From: Azolla caroliniana
Lineage: Eukaryota > Plantae > Polypodiophyta
DNA length: 64,000 bases
Direction of reading: 5' to 3'
NCBI GenBank assembly: GCA_043228905.1
Contig: JBHGNT010000033.1
Location: forward strand, 186,001-250,000
Below, in pieces: positions 1 to 11,269 of this stretch. Under the pieces are notes generated by a model that did not search any database, was not told where the DNA came from, and worked only from the letters and a program-made list of their open reading frames with translations. Each line of letters starts with the position of its first letter. The stretch's first letter is position 1. The position numbers were made by a program, and so were the translations under genes.

Positions 1-1852
1 TCATACCTGGCTCGTGTGATATCGGATTTTTGTGTTCAAACATGCGTATCGAAGCTAACAACGCTAGCTATGATATAGAATTAAAAAATCGAGATTCTGA
101 AACTCAGGTCGAGAGACATGAAGAAATTAGAAAATTTGAGGAGGGACTTGAGAAGAGCGCGTGAGTCAATTAAAATGTTCATACCTGACTCGTGTGATAT
201 CGGATTTTCGTGTTCAAACATGCGTATCGAAGCTAACAACACTAGCTATGATATCGAATTAAAAAATCGAGATTCTGAAACTCAGGTCGAGAGACATGAA
301 GAAATTAGCAAATTTGAGGAGGGACTTGAGAAGAGCGCGTGAGTCAATTAAAATGTTCATACCTGGCTCGTGTGCTATCGGATTTTTGTGGTCAAACATG
401 CGTATCGAAGCTAACAACGCTAGCTATGATATAGATTTAAAAAATCGAAATTCTGAAACTCAGGTCGAGAGACATGAAGAAACTAGAAAATTTGAGGAGG
501 TACTGGAGAAGAGCCAGTGAGTCAATTAAAATGTTCATACCTGGCTCGTGTGATATCGGATTTTTGTGTTCAAACATGCGTATCGAAGCTAACAACGCTA
601 GCTATGATATAGATTTAAAAAATCGAGATTCTGAAACTCAGGTCGAGAGACATGAAGAAATTAGCAAATTTGAGGAGGGACTTGAGAAGAGCGCGTGAGT
701 CAATTAAAATGTTCATACCTGGCTAGTGTGATATCGGATTTTTGTGTTCAAACATGCGTATCGAAGCTAACAACGCTAGCTATGATATCGAATTAAAAAA
801 TCAAGATTTTGAAACTCAGGTCGAGAGACATGACGAAATTAGCAAATTTGAGGAGGGACTTGAGAAGAGCGCGTGAGTCAATTAAAATGTTCATACCTGG
901 CTCGTGTGATATCGGATTTTTGTGTTCAAACATGCGTATCGAAGCTAACAACGCTAGCTATGATATGGAATTAAAAAATCGAGATTTTGAAACTCAGGTC
1001 GAGAGACATGAAGACATTAGCAAATTTGAGGAGGGACTTGAGAAGAGCGCGTGAGCAAATTAAAATGTTCATACCTGGCTCGTGTGCTATCGGATTTTTG
1101 TGTTCAAACATGCGTATCGAAGCTACCAACGCTAGCTATGATAGAGATTTAAAAAATCGAGATTCTGAAACTCAGGTAGAGAGACATGAAGAAATTAGCA
1201 AATTTGAGGAGGGACTTGAGAAGAGCGCGTGAGTCAATTAAAATGTTCATACCTGGCTCGTGTGATATCGGATTTTTGTGTTCAAACATGCGTATCGAAG
1301 CTAACAACGCTAGCTATGATATAGAATTAAAAAATGGAGATTTTGAAACTCAGGTCGAGAGACATGAAGAAATTAGCAAATTTGACGAGGGACTTGAGAA
1401 GAGCGCCTGAGTCAATTAAAATGTTCATACCTGGCTCGTGTGATATCGGATTTTTGTGTTCAAACATGCGGTATCGAAGCTATCAAAGCTAGCTATGATA
1501 TAGAATTAAAAAATCAAGATATTGAAACTCAGGTCGAGAGACATGAAGAAATTAGCAAATTTGAGGAGGGACTTGAGAAGAGCGCGTGAGCAAATTTAAA
1601 TATTCATACCTGGCTCGTGTGATATCGGATTTTTGTGTTTAAACATGCGTATCGAAGCTAACAACGCTAGCTATGATATCGAATTAAAAAATCAAGATTT
1701 TGAAACTCAGGTCGAGAGACATGAAGAAATTAGCAAATTTGAGGAGGCACTTTAGAAGAGCTCGTGACTAAATTAAAATGTTCATACCTGGGTCGTGTGA
1801 TATCGGATTTTTGTGTTCAAACATGCGTATCGAAGCTAACAACGCTAGCTAT

Positions 1853-2560
1853 GATATAGAATTAAAAAATCGAGATTTTGAAACTCAGGTCAAGAGACAT
1901 GAAGAAATTAGAAAACTTGAGGAGGTACTTGAGAAGAGCCCGTGAGTCAATTATAATGTTCATACTTGGCTCGTGTGATATCGGATTTTTGTGTTCAAAT
2001 ATGCGTATCGAAGCTAACAACGCTAGCGATGATATAGAATTAAAAAATCAAGTTTTTGAAACTCAGGTCGAGAGACATGAAGAAATTAGCAAATTTGAGG
2101 AGGTATGAAGAAATTAGCAAATTTGAGGAGGTATCCAAGCTAACAACGCTAGCTATGATATGGAATTAAAAAATCGAGATTTTGAAATTCAGGTCGAGAG
2201 ACATGAAGAAATTAGCAAATTTGAGGAGACATGAAGAAATTAGCAAATTTGAGGAGGTACTTGAGAAGAGCCCGTGAGTGAATTATAATGTTCATACCTG
2301 GCTCGTGTGATATCAGATTTTTGTGTTCAAACATGAGTACTGAAGCTAACAATGCTAGATATGATATAGAATTAAAAAATCGAGATTTTGAAACTCAGGT
2401 CGAGAGACATGAAGAAATTAGCAAATTTGAGGAGGTACTTGAGAAGAGCCCGTGAGTGAATTATAATGTTCATACCTGGCCGTTGTGATATCGGATTTTT
2501 GTGTTCAAACATGAGTACTGAAGCTAACAACGCTAGCTATGATATAGAATTAAAAAATCA
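1853..2560 (+). repeat. Island of ~4 subfamily-B monomers inside domain A, homologous to ~63,300-63,750
   Basis: CATGAGTACTGAAGC at ~2332 and ~2510; GAGTGAATTATAATG. The compound indel at 2078-2256 matches 63,511-63,689 (offset 61,433). ORF 1878..2108 nearly equals ORF 63311..63541. Confidence 0.88.
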
Positions 2561-4070
2561 AGATATTGAAACTCAGGTCGAGAGACATGAAGAAATTAGC
2601 AAATTTGAGGAGGGACTTGAGAAGAGCGCGTGAGTCAATTAAAATGTTCATACCTGGCTCGTGTGATATCGGATTTTTGTGTTCAAACATGCGTATCGAA
2701 GCTAAGAACGCTAGCTATGATATAGAATTAAAAAATCGAGATTCTGAAACTCAGGTCGAGAGACATGAAGAAATTAGAAAATTTGAGGAGGGACTTGAGA
2801 AGAGCGCGTGAGTCAATTAAAATGTTCATACCTGACTCGTGTGATATCGGATTTTCGTGTTCAAACATGCGTATCGAAGCTAACAACGCTAGCTATGATA
2901 TCGAATTAAAAAATCGAGATTCTGAAACTCAGGTCGAGAGACATGAAGAAATTAGCAAATTTGAGGAGGGACTTGAGAAGAGCGCGTGAGTCAATTAAAA
3001 TTTTCATACCTGGCTCGTGTGATATCGGATTTTTGTGTTCAAACATGCGTATCGAAGCTAACAACGCTAGCTATGATATAGAATTAAAAAATCGAGATTC
3101 TGAAACTCAGGTCGAGAGACATGAAGAAATTAGGAAATTTGAGGAGGGAGTGAAGAAGAGCCAGTGAGTCAATTAAAATGTTCATACCTGGCTCGTGTGA
3201 TATCGGATTTTTGTGTTTAAACATGCGTATCGAAGCTAACAACGCTAGCTATGATATCGAATTAAAAAATCAAGATTTTGATACTCAGGTCGAGAGACAT
3301 GAAGAAATTAGCAAATTTGAGGAGGGACTTGAGAAGAGCGCGTGAGTCAATTAAAATGTTCATACCTGACTCGTGTGATATCGGATTTTCGTGTTCAAAC
3401 ATGCGTATCGAAGCTAACAACACTAGCTATGATATCGAATTAAAAAATCGAGATTCTGAAACTCAGGTCGAGAGACATGAAGAAATTAGAAAATTTGAGG
3501 AGGTACTTGAGAAGAGCGTGTGAGTCAATTAAAATGTTCATACCTGTGTCGTGTGATATCGGATTTTTGTGTTCAAACATGCTTTTAAAGCTAACAACGC
3601 TAGCTATCATATAGAATTAAAAAATCAAGATTTCGAAACTCAGGTCCAGAGACATGAAAAAATTATCCAATTTGAGGAGGGACTTGAGAAGAGCGCGTGA
3701 GTCAATTAAAATGTTCATACCTGGCTCGTGTGATATCGGATTTTTGTGTTCAAACATGCGTATCGAAGCTAACAACGCTAGCTATGATATAGATTTAAAA
3801 AATCCAGAGTCTGAAACTCAGGTCGAGAGACATGAAGAAATTAGCAAATTTGAGGAGGGACTTGAGAAGAGCGCGTGAGTCAATTAAAATGTTCATACCT
3901 GGCTCGTGTGATATCGGATTTTTGTGTTCAAACATGCGTATCGAAGCTAACAACGCTAGCTATGATATAGAATTAAAAAATCAAGATTTTGAAACTCAGG
4001 TCGAGAGACATGAAGAAATTAGCAAATTTGAGGAGGGACTTGAGAAGAGCGAGTGAGTCAATTAAAATGT

Positions 4071-5922
4071 TCATACCTGGCTCGTGTGATATCGGATTTT
4101 TGTGTTCAAACATGCGTATCGAAGCTAACAACGCTAGCTATGATATAGAATTAAAAAATCGAGATTCTGAAACTCAGGTCGAGAGACATGAAGAAATTAG
4201 AAAATTTGAGGAGGGACTTGAGAAGAGCGCGTGAGTCAATTAAAATGTTCATACCTGACTCGTGTGATATCGGATTTTCGTGTTCAAACATGCGTATCGA
4301 AGCTAACAACACTAGCTATGATATCGAATTAAAAAATCGAGATTCTGAAACTCAGGTCGAGAGACATGAAGAAATTAGCAAATTTGAGGAGGGACTTGAG
4401 AAGAGCGCGTGAGTCAATTAAAATGTTCATACCTGGCTCGTGTGCTATCGGATTTTTGTGGTCAAACATGCGTATCGAAGCTAACAACGCTAGCTATGAT
4501 ATAGATTTAAAAAATCGAAATTCTGAAACTCAGGTCGAGAGACATGAAGAAACTAGAAAATTTGAGGAGGTACTGGAGAAGAGCCAGTGAGTCAATTAAA
4601 ATGTTCATACCTGGCTCGTGTGATATCGGATTTTTGTGTTCAAACATGCGTATCGAAGCTAACAACGCTAGCTATGATATAGATTTAAAAAATCGAGATT
4701 CTGAAACTCAGGTCGAGAGACATGAAGAAATTAGCAAATTTGAGGAGGGACTTGAGAAGAGCGCGTGAGTCAATTAAAATGTTCATACCTGGCTAGTGTG
4801 ATATCGGATTTTTGTGTTCAAACATGCGTATCGAAGCTAACAACGCTAGCTATGATATCGAATTAAAAAATCAAGATTTTGAAACTCAGGTCGAGAGACA
4901 TGACGAAATTAGCAAATTTGAGGAGGGACTTGAGAAGAGCGCGTGAGTCAATTAAAATGTTCATACCTGGCTCGTGTGATATCGGATTTTTGTGTTCAAA
5001 CATGCGTATCGAAGCTAACAACGCTAGCTATGATATGGAATTAAAAAATCGAGATTTTGAAACTCAGGTCGAGAGACATGAAGACATTAGCAAATTTGAG
5101 GAGGGACTTGAGAAGAGCGCGTGAGCAAATTAAAATGTTCATACCTGGCTCGTGTGCTATCGGATTTTTGTGTTCAAACATGCGTATCGAAGCTACCAAC
5201 GCTAGCTATGATAGAGATTTAAAAAATCGAGATTCTGAAACTCAGGTAGAGAGACATGAAGAAATTAGCAAATTTGAGGAGGGACTTGAGAAGAGCGCGT
5301 GAGTCAATTAAAATGTTCATACCTGGCTCGTGTGATATCGGATTTTTGTGTTCAAACATGCGTATCGAAGCTAACAACGCTAGCTATGATATAGAATTAA
5401 AAAATGGAGATTTTGAAACTCAGGTCGAGAGACATGAAGAAATTAGCAAATTTGACGAGGGACTTGAGAAGAGCGCCTGAGTCAATTAAAATGTTCATAC
5501 CTGGCTCGTGTGATATCGGATTTTTGTGTTCAAACATGCGGTATCGAAGCTATCAAAGCTAGCTATGATATAGAATTAAAAAATCAAGATATTGAAACTC
5601 AGGTCGAGAGACATGAAGAAATTAGCAAATTTGAGGAGGGACTTGAGAAGAGCGCGTGAGCAAATTTAAATATTCATACCTGGCTCGTGTGATATCGGAT
5701 TTTTGTGTTTAAACATGCGTATCGAAGCTAACAACGCTAGCTATGATATCGAATTAAAAAATCAAGATTTTGAAACTCAGGTCGAGAGACATGAAGAAAT
5801 TAGCAAATTTGAGGAGGCACTTTAGAAGAGCTCGTGACTAAATTAAAATGTTCATACCTGGGTCGTGTGATATCGGATTTTTGTGTTCAAACATGCGTAT
5901 CGAAGCTAACAACGCTAGCTAT
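4071..5922 (+). repeat. Block duplication of 1-1852 (offset 4070 bp, 23 monomers)
   Basis: ORFs 118/4188, 296/4366, 474/4544, 809/4879, 987/5057 and 1186/5256 are identical. First mismatch seen at 1853 vs 5923. 4070 = 23x178 +1 +28 -80 +28 -1. Confidence 0.93.
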
Positions 5923-8900
5923 TATATCGAATTAAAAAATCAAGATTTTGAAACTCAGGTCGAGAGACATGAAGAAATTAGCAAATTTGAGGAGGGACTT
6001 TAGAAGAGCGCGTGAGCAAATTAAAGTGTTCATACCTGGCTCGTGTGATATCGGATTTTTGTGTTCAAACATGCGTATCGAAGCTAACAACGCTAGCTAT
6101 GATATAGAATTAAAAAATCAAGATTTCGAAACTCAGGTCCAGAGACATGAAGAAATTAACCAATTTGAGGAGGTACTTGAGAAGAGCCCGTGAGTCTATT
6201 ATAATGTTCATACCTGGCTCGTGTGATATCGGATTTTTGTGTTCAAACATGCGTATCGAAGCTAACAACACTAGCTATGATATCGAATTAAAAAATCGAG
6301 ATTCTGAAACTCAGGTCGAGAGACATGAAGAAATTAGAAAATTTGAGGAGGGACTTTAGAAGAGCTCGTGACTAAATTAAAATGTTCATACCTGGCTCGT
6401 GTGATATCGGATTTTTGTGTTCAAACATGCGTATCGAAGCTAACAACGCTAGCTATGATATCGAATTAAAAAATCTAGATTTTGAAACTCAGGTCGAGAG
6501 ATATGATGAAATTAGCATATTTGAGGAGGTAGTGGAGAAGAGCCTGTTAGGAAATAAAAATGTTCATACCTGGCTCGTGTGATATCGGATTTTTGTGTTC
6601 AAACATGCGTATCGAAGCTAACAACGCTAGCTATGATATAGAATTAAAAAATCAAGATTCTGAAACTCAGGTCGATAGACATGAAGAAATTAGCAAATTT
6701 GAGGAGGGACTTGAGAAGAGCGCGTGAGTCAATTAAAATGTTCATACCTGACTCGTGTGATATCGGATTTTTGTGTTCAAACATGCGTATCGAAGCTAAC
6801 AACGCTAGCTATGATCTAGAATTAAAAAATGAAGATTTTGAAAGTCAGGCCGACAGACATGAAGAAATTAGCAAATTTGAGGAGGGACTTGAGAAGATCT
6901 CGTGACTAAATTAAAATGTTCATACCTGGCTCGTGTGCTATCGTATTTTTGTGTTCAAACATGCGTATCGAAGCTAACAACGCTAGCTATGATATAGAAT
7001 TAAAAAATCCAGATTTTGAAACTCAGGTCGAGAGACATGACGAAATTAGCAAATTTGAGGAGGGACTTGAGAAAAGCGCGTGAGCAAATTAAAATGTTCA
7101 TACCTGACCCGGGTGATATCGGATTTTTGTGTACAAACATGCGAATCGAAGCTAACAATGGTAGCTATAATATAGAATTAAAAAAACAAGATTCTGAAAC
7201 TCAGGTCGAGAGACATGAAAAAATTAGAAACTTTGAGGAGGGACTTGAGAAGAGCCAGTGAGTCAATTAAAATGTTCATACCTGGCTCGTGTGATATCGG
7301 ATTTTTGTGTTCAAACATGCGTATCGAAGCTAACAACACTAGCTATGATATCGAATTAAAAAATCGAGATTCTGAAACTCAGGTCGAGAGACATGAATAA
7401 ATTAGAAAATTTGAGGAGGGACTTGAGAAGAGCGCGTGAGTCAATTAAAATGTTCATATCTGTGTCGTGTGATATCGGATTTTTGTGTTCAAACATGCGT
7501 ATCGAAGCTAACAACGCTAGCTATGATATCGAATTAAAAAATCAAGATTTTGAAACTCAGGTCGAGAGACGTGAAGAAATTAGCAAATTTGAGGAGGGAC
7601 TTGAGAAGAGCGCGTGAGCAAATTAAAATGTTCATACCTGGCTCGTGTGATATCGGATTTTTGTGTTCAAACATGCGTATCGAAGCTAACAATGCTAGCT
7701 ATGATATAGATTTAAAAAATCAAGATTTCGAAACTCAGGTCCAGAGACATGAAGAAATTAACCAATTTGAGGAGGTACTTGAGAAGAGCCCGTGAGTCTA
7801 TTATAATGTTCATACCTGGCTCGTGTGATATCGGATTTTTGTGTTCAAACATGCGTATCGAAGCTAACAACGCTAGCTATGATATAGAATTAAAAAATCC
7901 AGATTTTGAAACTTAGGTCGAGAGACATGACGAAATTAGCAAATTTTAGGAGGGACTTGAGAAGAGCGCGTGAGTCAATTAAAATGTTCATACCTGGCTC
8001 GTGTGATATCGGATTTTTGTGTTCAAACATGCGTATCGAAGCTAACAACGCTAGCTATGATATGGAATTAAAAAATCAAGATTTTGAAACTCAGGTTGAG
8101 AGACATGAAGAAATTAGCAAATTTGAGGAGGGACTTGAGAAGAGCGCGTGAGCAAATTAAAATGTTCATACCTGACTCGGGTGATATCGGATTTTTGTGT
8201 ACAAACATGCGAATCGAAGCTAACAACGCTAGCTATAATATAGAATTAAAAAAACAAGATTCTGAAACTCAGGTCGAGAGACATGAAAAAATTAGAAAAT
8301 TTGAGGAGGGACTTAAGAAGAGCGCGTGAGTCAATTAAAATGTTCATACCTAGCTCGTGTGATATCGGATTTTTGTGTTCAAACATGCGTATCGAAGCTA
8401 ACAACGCTAGCTATGATATCGAATTAAAAAATCGAGATTTTGAAACTCAGGTCGAGAGATATGATGAAATTAGCATATTTGAGGAGGTAGTGGAGAAGAG
8501 CCCGTTAGGAAATAAAAATGTTCATACCTGGCTCGTGTGATATCGGATTTTTGTGTTCAAACATGCGTATCGAAGCTAACAACGCTAGCTATGATATAGA
8601 TTTAAAAAATCAAGATTCTGAAACTCAGGTCGATAGACATGAAGAAATTAGCAAATTTGAGGAGGGACTTGAGAAGAGCGCGTGAGTCAATTAAAATGTT
8701 CATACCTGACTCGTGTGATATCGGATTTTTGTGTTCAAACATGCGTATCGAAGCTAACAACGCTAGCTATGATCTAGAATTAAAAAATGAAGATTTTGAA
8801 AGTCAGGCCGACAGACATGAAGAAATTAGCAAATTTGAGGAGGGACTTGAGAAGATCTCGTGACTAAATTAAAATGTTCATACCTGGCTCGTGTGCTATC

Positions 8901-11269
8901 GTATTTTTGTGTTCAAACATGCATATCGAAGCTAACAACGCTAGCTATGATATAGATTTAAAAAATCGAGATATTGAAACTCAGGTCGAGAGACATGAAG
9001 AAATTAGGAAATTTGACGAGGGACTTGAGAAGAGCGCGTGAGTCAATTAAAATGTTCATACCTGGCTCGTGTGATATCGGATTTTTGTGTTCAAACATGA
9101 GGTATCGAAGCTATCAAAGCTAGCTATGATATCGAATTAAAAAATCAAGATATTGAAACTCAGGTCGAGAGACATGAAGGAATTAGCAAATTTGAGGAGG
9201 GACTTGAGAAGAGCGCGTGAGCAAATTTAAATATTCATACCTGGCTCGTGTGATATCGGATTTTTGTGTTCAAACATGCGTATCGAAGCTAACAACGCTA
9301 GCTATGATATAGAATTAAAAAATCAAGATTTTGAAACTCAGGTCGAGAGACATGAAGAAATTAGCAAATTTGAGGAGGGACTTGAGAAGATCTCGTGACT
9401 AAATTAAAATGTTCATACCTGGCTCGTGTGCTATCGTATTTTTGTGTTCAAACATGCATATCGAAGCTAACAACGCTAGCTATGATATAGATTTAAAAAA
9501 TCGAGATATTGAAACTCAGGTCGAGAGACATGAAGAAATTAGCAAATTTGACGAGGGACTTGAGAAGAGCGCGTGAGTCAATTAAAATGTTCATACCTGG
9601 CTCGTGTGATATCGGATTTTTGTGTTCAAACATGCGGTATCGAAGCTATCAAAGCTAGCTATGATATCGAATTAAAAAATCAAGATATTGAAACTCAGGT
9701 CGAGAGACATAAAGAAATTAGCAAATTTGAGGAGGGACTTGAGAAGAGCGCGTGAGCAAATTTAAATATTCATACCTGGCTCGTGTGATATCGGATTTTT
9801 GTGTTCAAACATGCGTATCGAAGCTAACAACGCTAGCTATGATATCGAATTAAAAAATCGAGATTTTGAAACTCAGGTCGACAGATATGATGAAATTAGC
9901 AAATTTGAGGATGGACTTAAGAAGAGCCCGTGAGTGAATTAAAATCCTCATACCTAGCTTGTGTGCTATCGGATTTTTGTGTTCAAACATGCGTATCGAA
10001 GCTAACAACACTAGCTATGATATCGAATTAAAAAATCGAGATTCTGAAACTCAGGTCGAGAGACATGAAGAAATTAGAAAATTTGAGGAGGTACTTGAGA
10101 AGAGCGTGTGAGTGAATTATAATGTTCATACCTGGCTCGTGTGATATCGGATTTTTGTGTTCAAACATGCGTATCGAAGCTAAAAACGCTAGCTATGATA
10201 TACAATTAAAAAATGAAGATTTTGAAACTCAGGTCGAGAACCATGAAGAAATTAGAAAATTTGAGGAGGGACTTGAGAAGAGCGCGTGAGTCAATTAAAA
10301 TGTTCATACCTGGCTCGTGTGATATCGGATTTTTGTGTACAAACATGCGAATCGAAGCTAACAACGCTAGCTATAATATAGAATTAAAAAAACAAGATTT
10401 TGAAACTCAGGTCGAGAGACATGAAGAAATTAGCAAATTTGAGGAGGGACTTGAGAAGAGCGCGTGAGTCAATTAAAATGTTCATACCTGGCTCGTGTGA
10501 TATCGGATTTTTGTGTTCAAACATGCGTATCGAAGCTAACAACGCTAGCTATGATATAGAATTAAAAAATCAAGATTCTGAAACTCAGGTCGATAGACAT
10601 GAAGAAATTAGCAAATTTGAGGAGGGACTTGAGAAGAGCGCGTGAGTCAATTAAAATGTTCATACCTGACTCGTGTGATATCGGATTTTTGTGTTCAAAC
10701 ATGCGTATCGAAGCTAACAACGCTAGCTATGATCTAGAATTAAAAAATGAAGATTTTGAAAGTCAGGCCGACAGACATGAAGAAATTAGCAAATTTGAGG
10801 AGGGACTCTAGAAGAGCTCGTGACTAAATTAAAATGTTCATACCTGGCTCGTGTGATATCGGATTTTTGTGTTCAAACATGCGTATCGAAGCTAACAACG
10901 CTAGCTATGATATCGAATTAAAAAATCGAGATTTTGAAACTCAGGTCGAGAGATATGATGAAATTAGCATATTTGAGGAGGTAGTGGAGAAGATCCTGTT
11001 AGGAAATAAAAATGTTCATACCTGGCTCGTGTGATATTGGATTTTTGTGTTCAAACATGCGTATCGAAGCTAACAACGCTAGCTATGATATAGAATTAAA
11101 AAATCAAGATTCTGAAACTCAGGTCGATAGACATGAAGAAATTAGCAAATTTGAGGAGGGACTTGAGAAGAGCGCGTGAGTCAATTAAAATGTTCATACC
11201 TGACTCGTGTGATATCGGATTTTTGTGTTCAAACATGCGTATCGAAGCTAACAACGCTAGCTATGATCT

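Noticed and set aside
125-150. GAGGAGG as a Shine-Dalgarno site
   Set aside because: It is not correctly spaced before the ORF start codons, and the context is a eukaryote-type satellite.
1-178. CENP-B box
   Set aside because: I did not see the TTCG-N4-A-N2-CGGG core on either strand; the nearest variant (TTTCGAAACTCAGGTC) does not fit.
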